Below are positions 35,379-44,442 of a stretch of 64,000 nt of DNA, piece by piece. The stretch's first letter is position 1, and every line of letters begins with the position of its first letter. The stretch is taken from NCBI GenBank assembly GCA_963736675.1, contig CAVTPT010000002.1:160358-224357 (forward strand), in the 5' to 3' direction. This stretch comes from an uncultured Bacteroidales bacterium (GTDB lineage: Bacteria; Bacteroidota; Bacteroidia; Bacteroidales; VadinHA17). The notes under the pieces were generated by a model that saw nothing but the letters and a program-made list of their open reading frames with translations, searched no databases and was not told the origin of the DNA. A program made the translations under genes and the position numbers.

Positions 35379-38063
35379 TTACTGAACCGTAACGAGCGCT
35401 TTAGTAACCGAAGCCTCTTTTGCAGTTCCGTCAAGCTGAGGTTGATGACCACCAACAGCGACAGTAAACTGCCCCGGCAGAATTACTCTTTCATTTTTGT
35501 CGTCAATAACAGAAAAAGCATCTGAAGCAACACGGAAGGAAAGGGTTCTGGTTTCTCCCGGTAACAGATTAACCCTGTCAAAAGCTTTAAGTGTACGTAA
35601 AGCAACCGGGTACTTTGAACCAAGATTTGATACATAGAGCTGAACCACTTCATCGCCGGCCATTTTCCCTGTATTCTTTACATTTACTTTTACAGTTACC
35701 TCATCACCGGCCTTTATTTTCTTACTTACTTTCATCTTGCTGTATTCGAAAGTTGTATAGCTTAATCCGTATCCGAATGGGAATAAAGGATCTCCGGTAA
35801 AATATCTGTATGTACGGTTTTTCATGTTATAGTCCTCGAAATCCGGGAGATCGTCAACCGACTTGTAAAATGTTACAGGCAGACGGCCGGCAGGATTATA
35901 ATCACCGAACAGGATATCAGCTATAGCGGCTCCGCCTTCCTGACCCGGATACCATGCCTCCAGGATAGCAGGAATGTTCTCCTTTTCCCAGTTTATTGCA
36001 ATGGCACTTCCATTAAGCAGTACCAGTACTACCGGCTTGCCGGTGGCATGAATAGCCTTGATAAGGTCCTGCTGTACCGGGGGCAGGTCGATTTTGGTTC
36101 TGTCACCGCCCTTGAACCCTTCTACTGCAACGTTCATCTCCTCCCCTTCCAGTCGAGGGGTTATACCCATGCACATAATTACAACATCAGCCTGTCTGGC
36201 AGCATTTAATGCCTCGTTTTTCATGTTTTCGAAGTATTGTTTCTCAGGTAATGCCCAGAGTAGTTGAACCTGGGCTTCTCCGGAAGTCTCGGAAGCTTCA
36301 ACCCTGAAGTTGTATTTTTTTCCGGCTTCAAGAACAACCGGTTCTGATCTTCTCATCCTTGGATTTCTGTTCTCATCCATCGAAAACGAAGGAGTACTGA
36401 TCAGAAGTGAGTCGCCCATGAAGATCCTGACTTTGCATGAAGAAACGAACCCGATCTGATATGGGCCCGTGAATTCCGGAACAATCTCTCCTGTCCATCT
36501 GATACCGAAATTGTCAACATCCATATCGTCTGTTGGTGCATTTTCTCCCCACTGCATGTCAATTTTGGTGTCGACCCGTGTGAACATGGCATCACCAGTA
36601 AAATCACGGTTGTTAAAATATTCACCTTTTAATCCTCCCCGGGTGCCTTCATTATAAAGGATATTTGAAGGAATTACCTCAAAAACAGGCATGCCGGCGG
36701 CCCATTCGCTACCCCTGGCATAGATAACTTTTGACTTGCCTTCCAGTTTCTCCCTTATCCCTCTGAGGGGTGTTACAGGGTCTGAAGGTGTCCCGTTATA
36801 ATTACCAAGCAGTACAAAATCCTCATCCGAATTGGGGCCAATAACAGCAACGGTGCCGATATCTTTTTTAAGAGGAAGAATGTTATTTTCATTCTTAAGC
36901 AGTACCATTGATTTCAGGGCTGTCTCTTTTGCAAGCAATTTATTTTCCTTGCTGTCAACAACACTGTAAGGGATACTTGTATATTTTACCATTTCGGGAG
37001 GATCAAACATGCCCAACCTGAACCGGGCAATGAACAGCCTTTTTACGGCGGTATCAATTTCCTCTTCGGTAATTAGTTTTTTGCTGACTGCCTCCTTAAG
37101 GTTCCTGTAAACTGATCCGCATTCAAGGTCAGTCCCTGCCCTGACGCTCAGGGAGGCTGCCTCTGCTGGAGTCTGGACAACCTTATGTCCGGCATATATG
37201 TCATTTATTGCCCCGCAGTCGGAAACAATAAATCCGTCAAATCCCCACTCGGTGCGCAGGATACCATCAAGAAGCGATTCGCCTCCGCAGCATGTTACAC
37301 CATTGTAACGGTTATACGCGCACATCACCGAGTATGCTTTTCCCTCTTTTATTCCCATTTCAAACTGAGGGAGATAGGTCTCCATGAAATCCCGCTGATC
37401 AGTGATTGCATCAAAAGAGTGCCTGCCCTGCTCCGGTCCGCTGTGGACGACAAAATGCTTAATGGTTGCTATTGTTTTAAAATATCGGGGATCGTCACCC
37501 TGAAGGCCTCTGATAAACTGCACCCCCAGGCGGCCCGTAAGGAAGGGATCTTCTCCGTAAGTTTCCTGGCCTCTCCCCCAGCGTGGATCCCTGAAAATAT
37601 TAATATTGGGGGTCCAATAGGTAAGTCCCTGGTATCTGGCCCTGGAATCGTTTCTGACAAATTCATGATGCTTTGCCCTTGCCTCATCGGAAATTGCCGT
37701 TGAGACACGGAGTATAAGATCCTCATCCCAGGTAGCGCCCATACCGACAGCCTGGGGGAAAACTGTGGCCAACCCTGCCCGGCCCACACCATGAAGACAC
37801 TCGTTCCACCAGTTATAAACCGGGACACCAAGCCGGTCGATAGCAGGTGCAACATCCAGCATCTGTCCTATTTTTTCGTCGAGGGTCATTCTCGAAACAA
37901 TGTCATCAGCCCGTTGCCCAACGCTAAGATCCGGATTCAGGAAAGGAAACTGATAGGTTTTCTGAGCCATGGATACGATTCCCGGCGATGTCATTAAAAG
38001 TACTGTAAGAACCGATCTGAGGAGCACATTCAATGACCGGCTCATCATTTTTTTATTTTTCAT
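35379..38063 (-). CDS. GH3 beta-glucosidase/beta-xylosidase with PA14 insertion
   Basis: GFIVSDCGA catalytic nucleophile region, a GH3 C-terminal domain, and a PA14-like segment (GEYFNNRDFTGDAMFTRVDTKIDMQW). Confidence 0.9.
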   Translation of the reverse strand: MKNKKMMSRSLNVLLRSVLTVLLMTSPGIVSMAQKTYQFPFLNPDLSVGQRADDIVSRMTLDEKIGQMLDVAPAIDRLGVPVYNWWNECLHGVGRAGLATVFPQAVGMGATWDEDLILRVSTAISDEARAKHHEFVRNDSRARYQGLTYWTPNINIFRDPRWGRGQETYGEDPFLTGRLGVQFIRGLQGDDPRYFKTIATIKHFVVHSGPEQGRHSFDAITDQRDFMETYLPQFEMGIKEGKAYSVMCAYNRYNGVTCCGGESLLDGILRTEWGFDGFIVSDCGAINDIYAGHKVVQTPAEAASLSVRAGTDLECGSVYRNLKEAVSKKLITEEEIDTAVKRLFIARFRLGMFDPPEMVKYTSIPYSVVDSKENKLLAKETALKSMVLLKNENNILPLKKDIGTVAVIGPNSDEDFVLLGNYNGTPSDPVTPLRGIREKLEGKSKVIYARGSEWAAGMPVFEVIPSNILYNEGTRGGLKGEYFNNRDFTGDAMFTRVDTKIDMQWGENAPTDDMDVDNFGIRWTGEIVPEFTGPYQIGFVSSCKVRIFMGDSLLISTPSFSMDENRNPRMRRSEPVVLEAGKKYNFRVEASETSGEAQVQLLWALPEKQYFENMKNEALNAARQADVVIMCMGITPRLEGEEMNVAVEGFKGGDRTKIDLPPVQQDLIKAIHATGKPVVLVLLNGSAIAINWEKENIPAILEAWYPGQEGGAAIADILFGDYNPAGRLPVTFYKSVDDLPDFEDYNMKNRTYRYFTGDPLFPFGYGLSYTTFEYSKMKVSKKIKAGDEVTVKVNVKNTGKMAGDEVVQLYVSNLGSKYPVALRTLKAFDRVNLLPGETRTLSFRVASDAFSVIDDKNERVILPGQFTVAVGGHQPQLDGTAKEASVTKALVTVQ

Positions 38064-38122
38064 TTGTTTATGGATTATATATTAAAAAGCAGTTTTTTCC
38101 CTTATTGCATTATAAAATTAAA

Positions 38123-38827
38123 CTATTTCCCGGCAACATCCTTGTTCCTTCTGTAAATACAATTGGTGTTATCACATAAATTGCAGGCATAAGGATTCAT
38201 TCTGACATTAGTGCCTATGCCGATTATCCCACTGACCGATTTAACAGGCTGCATAAGTGCGGAATCAGTCAGCCTGATGCCACAATAATTACCGGGGATA
38301 AGACTGAACAATTTATGTTGCTCCGAAACATCCCAGCTGCAATACCCCGGACTGAACCTGTTGGTAATATTAAATCCCTCTTCTTCCATTGACTGTTTCA
38401 GCCGGGCCTGCAATACGTCGGCTGCAGCTTCAACTATTTCACTCCCGACAACATCATATACATATGCTTTCAGGAAGTCCTTCCCCCCGACTGAATTTCC
38501 GGCCCTGAGGCCAATCTCCTCCCCTGCCGTGCAAAGAAATACTGCCAGCGATTCTGATTTTTTTATCTGATTGAATATTATCCTCCCGACCTGAAATACA
38601 ACACTCCCGGTCTGTATAGATTTGCTCTTATTATCAGGATTTATGTCGTCAAATATGTAATACACACCTTTAATGGCACATATTGTTGCAGCTTCCTCAA
38701 GTACTTCCCTTATAAGAGAGCTTACAAGTGCACGGTCCTCTCCCTCCTTGTACCCCATTACACTTTCAATCCGGGGCACATTCAGGTTAAGCTGATCAAA
38801 GCTGAATGAGAAGGTTACTTCGTGCAT
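38123..38827 (-). CDS. stand-alone MetH-type AdoMet-binding reactivation domain protein (Met_synt_B12-like)
   Basis: SPGYCSWDVSEQHKLFSLI...GIRLTDSALMQPVKSVSGIIG aligns with the E. coli MetH activation-domain core (PAPGYPACPEHTEK...L.ES..M.P..SVSG). Confidence 0.65.
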   Translation of the reverse strand: MHEVTFSFSFDQLNLNVPRIESVMGYKEGEDRALVSSLIREVLEEAATICAIKGVYYIFDDINPDNKSKSIQTGSVVFQVGRIIFNQIKKSESLAVFLCTAGEEIGLRAGNSVGGKDFLKAYVYDVVGSEIVEAAADVLQARLKQSMEEEGFNITNRFSPGYCSWDVSEQHKLFSLIPGNYCGIRLTDSALMQPVKSVSGIIGIGTNVRMNPYACNLCDNTNCIYRRNKDVAGK

Positions 38828-40257
38828 AAACCTGATTCTGTTACAATTCTTTCAACGATTGATTCCCATCCCAATGTCATAATATGTATCCCGTTGACGG
38901 CTTTTTTCCGTTTCACCGAATCGATAATTTCGAGAGCAATCTGCACACCTTCTTCCGGTGCCGACTCTCCTGCTTTTTCCATTCTGTGGAGAATATTTTC
39001 AGGAAGACTCACCCCGGGAACGCTGTTATGAAGGTACCGGGCAATTTTCAGGCTTTTCAGAGGTGCAAGGCCCACCAGGATATACACCTTGTCAAGTATA
39101 TTTCTTTTATCGAGTTGCTCAAACCACTGGTCAAGCCGGTCGGGTTCAAATATCAGGTTTGTCTGAAAAAACTGAGCCCCGGCATTTATCTTCTTATGAT
39201 CCTTAATTGCCTGTAATACAGGATCGGACGCAAATGGCGACGTCGCAGCCCCCAGGAAAAAATGCGGGGGATCTTTCATTTTTCTTCCGTCGAGATATGT
39301 GCCTTCATCTCTCATTTTTCTCAGTATCCATAACATCTGAACTGAATCGAGGTCAACTATATTCATCGAGCTTTCCGGGGCAGGACCAACCTTCGGGCTG
39401 TCGCCGGTTATACACAGAATATTTTTTATCCCTATACCGTTGATCCCTGCAACATCGGATTGAAGTCCGCATCTTGAAGTATCGCGGGCGGCAATCTGAA
39501 GGACAGGTTCAGCATTCAGGTCGCAGGCTATTTTTGAACAGGCAACACTTGACATTTTTGGCTTTGCTGAAGATGAATCGGTAAAGTTTATCGCTGTAGA
39601 GAAAGGTTTTACCATCTCAATATCCCTTATCAGCCTGTCTGTGTTTGCTCCCAGGGGAGGTGTTACTTCAGTGGCAACTACGAACGCGCCGCTTTTCAAC
39701 CGCTTTTCGAGGCCCGAAACAGGTTCGGTATAACCGGGAGGATGATAATCAGAATCCCCATTCCACCAGTCAGGCTGCCGTACACTCCTAAAAACAGAAT
39801 CCCATACAATGGTCCTCTTCTCTTTATCTTTTGATACGATCGCTGAAAAAAATCTGCCTGCCCCGGCTTTTCTTACCTCACTCACAACATCTCCCCACGT
39901 CGCAGTGCCTGTTTTGTTCCAGTCGAGCGGAGGCAGAACTTCGAGAAGCTTTTCCTCCGTACCGGTTTTAAGAGCTCTTTTATAAATGCAGTACCAGATA
40001 CATTTCCGGGTTTCATCCACATAGCAGTTTTTGGAAGGAGTAATCCCGCCGCATGGCCCGTTTCTCAATCCTTTCGGGCACTCCATGGGACAAATGAAGG
40101 CTGTCTCCTGAAGAAGGCAGTTCCCGCACATCCGGCATCCGAACAGGGGTCCTTTTATGATAAGCTCTGTTTTTGCAAGAACCCGTCGTCCAAAGGTCTC
40201 CTTTTTAAACGGGTAAAATGCGGGTTGCCATCTGCGGGCAGGTTTTATCCCTGACAT
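38815..40257 (-). CDS. methylenetetrahydrofolate reductase with N-terminal MTHFR_C/MetV-type zinc-ribbon domain (MetV-MetF fusion)
   Basis: The N-terminus CRMCGNCLL..FICPMECPKGLRNGPCGG matches the MetV/MTHFR_C signature. The remainder is a MetF TIM-barrel (ITGDSP, FFQTNLIF). Confidence 0.75.
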   Translation of the reverse strand: MSGIKPARRWQPAFYPFKKETFGRRVLAKTELIIKGPLFGCRMCGNCLLQETAFICPMECPKGLRNGPCGGITPSKNCYVDETRKCIWYCIYKRALKTGTEEKLLEVLPPLDWNKTGTATWGDVVSEVRKAGAGRFFSAIVSKDKEKRTIVWDSVFRSVRQPDWWNGDSDYHPPGYTEPVSGLEKRLKSGAFVVATEVTPPLGANTDRLIRDIEMVKPFSTAINFTDSSSAKPKMSSVACSKIACDLNAEPVLQIAARDTSRCGLQSDVAGINGIGIKNILCITGDSPKVGPAPESSMNIVDLDSVQMLWILRKMRDEGTYLDGRKMKDPPHFFLGAATSPFASDPVLQAIKDHKKINAGAQFFQTNLIFEPDRLDQWFEQLDKRNILDKVYILVGLAPLKSLKIARYLHNSVPGVSLPENILHRMEKAGESAPEEGVQIALEIIDSVKRKKAVNGIHIMTLGWESIVERIVTESGLCTK

Positions 40258-40296
40258 GAATGTATCTCTATTCTGATATTATGTTCTTTTCACTAA

Positions 40297-41136
40297 CTAC
40301 ATACGGCTCTGATAGTACTCAATAAACCTCACGGCAAAATCATCCCTGCCAAGTATCAGATCAGATGCCCTCACAGCAGCCGTTATCTTTTCGGGATTGG
40401 CTATGAGACACGTCAGCCCGTTAAGTATGGAAATTGCCATAAATGAAGAATTCAGAGCCTCCCTGCCGGGTAAGCCGAACGATATATTACTGGCTCCCAG
40501 GGTTATATTATGTCCCAGTTTATCATGTACCAGCTTAATAGTCCGCATAGTCACCAGACAAGCCTGGGGATCAGCACTGACAGCCATTGCCAGGGGATCT
40601 ATAACAACATCTTCAGCTTTGATCCCTGCAGCAATAGCTCTTTCAATTATTTTCTCTGCTATCTTAAGTCTCTTTTCCGGATCATGAGTTATCCCTTCAT
40701 CATCCATGCACAATCCAATAATGGCCGCATTAAATTCCCTGGCTAACGGAAGCAGTACTTTCATGGAGGCTTCTTCCCCGTTTACTGAATTGATAAGGCA
40801 TTTCCCCACGACTACTTTAAGGGCAGCTTCTATTGCCTTCGGATTCGGGGAATCAAGGCAAAGAGGTATGTCGAACCTGTCCTGAATTGCCTTAACCGTT
40901 TCGGGAAGAAGTCTGACATCATCAACCCCGGGATATCCGACATTTACATCAAGTACATCAGCACCTGCTTTTATCTGGCTTTCTGCCAGTTCGAGAACGT
41001 AATCAAATTTTCCTTCCTGAAGAGTGCTTACCAGCTTTTTCCTCCTGGTTGGATTAATTGATTCCCCGATAATGACAACAGGTCCTTCAGTGTCAATAAC
41101 TACTTCGCTCTCTTTTCCCCTCAGAATTGTCCTCAT
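40297..41136 (-). CDS. methyltetrahydrofolate:corrinoid methyltransferase (pterin-binding, AcsE/MtgA/MetH-pterin-domain-like)
   Basis: Pterin_bind motifs IIGESINPT, DVLDVNVG, LINSV and GASNISFGLPGR. Confidence 0.8.
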   Translation of the reverse strand: MRTILRGKESEVVIDTEGPVVIIGESINPTRRKKLVSTLQEGKFDYVLELAESQIKAGADVLDVNVGYPGVDDVRLLPETVKAIQDRFDIPLCLDSPNPKAIEAALKVVVGKCLINSVNGEEASMKVLLPLAREFNAAIIGLCMDDEGITHDPEKRLKIAEKIIERAIAAGIKAEDVVIDPLAMAVSADPQACLVTMRTIKLVHDKLGHNITLGASNISFGLPGREALNSSFMAISILNGLTCLIANPEKITAAVRASDLILGRDDFAVRFIEYYQSRM

Positions 41137-41151
41137 TCCGTAAATTATTAA

Positions 41152-41820
41152 TTATGAAACCATTTGTTTCAGATAATTTACTGCACCCTGCGGGTCGGGT
41201 GAATAAAAATCAGCTCCTATTTTTTTGCAGTATTCCATCGTAACCGGAGCTCCTCCGACAAGGATCGTTGATCCGGGATATTTTGATTTTATTGCAACAA
41301 CGGAATTCTTCATATTTTCCATTGTTGTTGTTAGTAAAGCAGAAAGACCGACAACAGCATCAGGGTTCTCCTCAATGGCTTTAAGGAACCTGTCGGTTCC
41401 CACATCAACGCCAAGATCAATAACCTCCCAGCCGCCGCCTTCAACCATCATCGAGACAAGGTTTTTGCCAATATCATGAAGATCACCGGATACAGTACCA
41501 ATAATGAATTTACCTTTTCGCTTTGTCTCTCCCGACTGGAAAAATGGCTTCAGATGTTTCATCGCGCTATTCATTGCTTTTGCTGCCATCAGCATCTGGG
41601 GCACATATATTATCTTTCTGCTGAACTTGTCGCCAACGACTGCCATTGCCGGGATCAGTGCGTTCTCAAGAATATCATCAGGTTTAATCCCTGCCTCAAG
41701 AGCCTGTTTTGTAAACTCATCAGCTCCCTCCTGCCCCTTCATATCAGGCGGATAAGGAGATAACTTATCTGTTTTGCCATACTCAACGCACCTGGCTATC
41801 TTTTCAAGAATGTCACTCAT
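41152..41820 (-). CDS. corrinoid (cobalamin-binding) protein, MtbC/MtaC/MetH-B12-domain-like
   Basis: B12-cap helix bundle plus DxHxxG (GDLHDIGKN), SxL (SALLTTT) and GG (VGGAPV) base-off/His-on signature. Confidence 0.85.
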   Translation of the reverse strand: MSDILEKIARCVEYGKTDKLSPYPPDMKGQEGADEFTKQALEAGIKPDDILENALIPAMAVVGDKFSRKIIYVPQMLMAAKAMNSAMKHLKPFFQSGETKRKGKFIIGTVSGDLHDIGKNLVSMMVEGGGWEVIDLGVDVGTDRFLKAIEENPDAVVGLSALLTTTMENMKNSVVAIKSKYPGSTILVGGAPVTMEYCKKIGADFYSPDPQGAVNYLKQMVS

Positions 41821-41893
41821 TGATCAATAAAATTTGAAAGGTTCATATTAATAATCAGGCTTTAAAATTAGAAATATCGGCATGAATCACTGT

Positions 41894-41901
41894 CAAAATT
41901 A
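41894..41901 (-). promoter_or_regulatory. candidate -7 promoter box (TAATTTTG on the minus strand) for the corrinoid operon
   Basis: Exact TAnnTTTG match 74 nt upstream of the start codon. The LacI-type operator lies 18-31 nt further upstream, at the expected -33 position. Confidence 0.4.
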
Positions 41902-41918
41902 TAAATTATATTTATTCC

Positions 41919-41932
41919 TGCAACCGATTGCA
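41919..41932. promoter_or_regulatory. LacI-type operator TGCAACCGATTGCA (copy 2)
   Basis: Identical to 28168-28181, with 15 nt identical when the preceding C is included. About 100 nt from both divergent start codons (41820 and 42033). Confidence 0.6.
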
Positions 41933-42032
41933 CAAGTGTTTTTCATCTTTTACTTTGGCGAAGTGAGCCGGAATGGTTAACTTTAAATGATCTGGCTCTG
42001 AAGAATCTTATTATTAATAAACCTGGTCACCT

Positions 42033-43559
42033 ATGAAATCAATCTCTGTTATCTTTTTTTTACTGATTTTTAATGCAGGACTGGCACAGAATATTCCTGC
42101 CGGTATCTTCGAATCCTCAGCCGATATTGGTAACCCCCGGATTAAAGGATCTTCCCTGTACGACGCTACTGACCAGAGTTATACTCTTAAGGGAGGCGGT
42201 TACAATATCTGGTTCGAAAGAGATGAATTCCATTATCTGTACAAAAAGATAAAAGGGGACTTTATCATAACGGCAAATTTCGAATTGACCGGGAAGGGGA
42301 CTGAACCTCACAGGAAAACCGGATGGATGTTAAGAGCCTCGACAGAGGAGAACTCAGCGCACATGTCAGCAGTTCTCCATGGCGATGGACTAACTGTAAT
42401 GCAATGGCGTAATTTTAATGGAGCACCGATGAGAGATCCTCAGGATGAATTATTTGCACCGGGATCAGATTATAATGTCATCCAGCTTGAAAGGGCCGGA
42501 AAAATAATAGTGATGAGGGCAGCCCGGGAAGCCGGCCCCCTTGAGACTATAGGATCTTATGAAATGATGACAATGCCGGATGAGATCCTTGCAGGGCTTT
42601 TTATCTGCTCGCATAACCCTGATGTCTCCGAAGAGGTGAGGATCTGGAATGTAAGGATTGACAATCCGGTCAGCAACAGTTATAATCCTTCTGTTGAGGG
42701 CTACCTGGGCTGCAGGCTTGAAACAATGAATGTTTTTGACGGTAAGAGGAGAGTGATCTTTGAAAAAAACAGCAGGTTTGAAGCTCCAAACTGGATGCCC
42801 GACGGCAAAAAACTGCTGTTCAACATGGACGGGCTATTATGGAAAATACCAATCGAAGGAGGTATCCCCGAACAACTTAATACAGGATTTGCAAACAGGA
42901 ATAATAACGATCATGGCATATCATGGAACGGGAAGCTTCTTGCCATAAGTCATCAGCGCGAAGGGATGCCCGGAGGAGGCTCAACTGTATATTACCTGCC
43001 TCTGAAAGGTGGAAAGCCAAAACTCATTTCTGAAGAGACTCCTTCCTACTGGCATGGATGGGCTCCGAACAATAAAGAAGTAATATATATCGGGAACCGG
43101 CAGGGAGATGAAGGATACAATATATTCAGAAATACCCTTAAGGGCAACAAAGAGGTCCGTCTCACCAATGTTAAAGCAAACGAACGTGCAGATGGCTGCG
43201 AGTATTCTCCTGATGGAAAATATATTTACTATAATGGCAGTCATACCGGTCACATGCAGATATGGAGGATGAAGCCTGACGGCACAGAACGCGAACAGGT
43301 AACCTTCGACGGGAATAATAACTGGTTCCCTCATATTTCTCCGGATGGGAAATGGTTAGTATTCATTGCATTTCCTCCGGATATAGAATTGAATTCCCAT
43401 CCTTCATACAAGAGGGTGACTCTGAATATGATGCCTGCTTCAGGAGGAGCCTCAAAGGTTATTGCATACCTCTATGGCGGGCAGGGCACAATTAATGTAC
43501 CTTCATGGTCTCCCGACAGCCAGCAGATTGCTTTTGTTAGCAATTCAGGAAAATATTAA
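42033..43559 (+). CDS. secreted protein: ConA/LamG-like (DUF1349-like) N-domain + TolB-type PD40 beta-propeller
   Basis: Signal peptide. Repeated SPDGK / WSPD PD40 motifs. Paralog of 50645-52162. Confidence 0.55.
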   Translation: MKSISVIFFLLIFNAGLAQNIPAGIFESSADIGNPRIKGSSLYDATDQSYTLKGGGYNIWFERDEFHYLYKKIKGDFIITANFELTGKGTEPHRKTGWMLRASTEENSAHMSAVLHGDGLTVMQWRNFNGAPMRDPQDELFAPGSDYNVIQLERAGKIIVMRAAREAGPLETIGSYEMMTMPDEILAGLFICSHNPDVSEEVRIWNVRIDNPVSNSYNPSVEGYLGCRLETMNVFDGKRRVIFEKNSRFEAPNWMPDGKKLLFNMDGLLWKIPIEGGIPEQLNTGFANRNNNDHGISWNGKLLAISHQREGMPGGGSTVYYLPLKGGKPKLISEETPSYWHGWAPNNKEVIYIGNRQGDEGYNIFRNTLKGNKEVRLTNVKANERADGCEYSPDGKYIYYNGSHTGHMQIWRMKPDGTEREQVTFDGNNNWFPHISPDGKWLVFIAFPPDIELNSHPSYKRVTLNMMPASGGASKVIAYLYGGQGTINVPSWSPDSQQIAFVSNSGKY

Positions 43560-43610
43560 TTTTCTTTGAGCTTATAAAGTACATTTATCTTTGCACCCGG
43601 TATTAAGTTA

Positions 43611-44378
43611 ATGCAATTATATACGACCCGTTTGACCAGTTCAGCCTTATATAGTATATTATCAGTTCCTGTATTCGCGATATTATATATTTATACTGCG
43701 ATAGGAGTCTTTCTTGTCATGTTCCTTACATATATGAGGGCAAAAAGACCTGCCAGGTTTCTTTCGAGGATCTGGGCCCGGTCGGTTTTTTTTATTATGG
43801 CAACCCGGCTTCATATCTATGGTAAAGAAAATCTTGACAGAAGCAGGAGATATATTGTTGTTGCCAATCATGCAAGTCTTTTTGATATTGTCGCTATAAC
43901 GTCCTTCTTCCCTGAGGTATCATGGTTCGGTCATGAGCGCTTGCTGAAGGTCCCGGTATTCGGACGTTTTCTCCGGCTTACAGACTATGTTCCTTTTAAA
44001 GAGCCTACAGTCACCAATACGAGGCATATGCTTGAACAGCTTATTGAAAAATCGAAAAATCAATCAGTTGCATTGTTCCCTGAAGGAACGCGCACCCTCG
44101 ATGGCAAAATCAATCCCTTTTACAGGGGTTTCATCTTCCTGCTGAGAACAAGAGAAATTGATATTTTACCTGTCACATTAAACGGATTTTATAATCTTAA
44201 GCCAAAAAACCGGTTCTATATCAACTTCGGATCAAAACTTAATGTTGTGATACATAAGCCAATACCCAGGGAAGATCTTATCAGCAGGAAAGATAATGAG
44301 ATAATCGGATCGGTCAGAAGCGTGATCGAATCAGCATATAATAACAAACCCGGTAAAAAGGCCATAATCCACGATTAA
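43611..44378 (+). CDS. 1-acyl-sn-glycerol-3-phosphate acyltransferase family
   Basis: NHASLFD (HxxxxD) and FPEGTRT motifs. Confidence 0.8.
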   Translation: MQLYTTRLTSSALYSILSVPVFAILYIYTAIGVFLVMFLTYMRAKRPARFLSRIWARSVFFIMATRLHIYGKENLDRSRRYIVVANHASLFDIVAITSFFPEVSWFGHERLLKVPVFGRFLRLTDYVPFKEPTVTNTRHMLEQLIEKSKNQSVALFPEGTRTLDGKINPFYRGFIFLLRTREIDILPVTLNGFYNLKPKNRFYINFGSKLNVVIHKPIPREDLISRKDNEIIGSVRSVIESAYNNKPGKKAIIHD

Positions 44379-44442
44379 CCTTTGCAGTAAGTAAATTTTT
44401 TCTGACCGGCAATTCCTACAATAATCAAACTAAAGATACCAG

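Noticed and set aside
41821-42032. Looked for a SAM or cobalamin riboswitch in the leader of the corrinoid/MTHFR operon
   Set aside because: The region is AT-rich. It lacks the conserved GC-rich cores I know for SAM-I/SAM-II or the B12 box. Only the LacI-type operator and a -7 box are recognisable. This still needs confirmation with cmscan.
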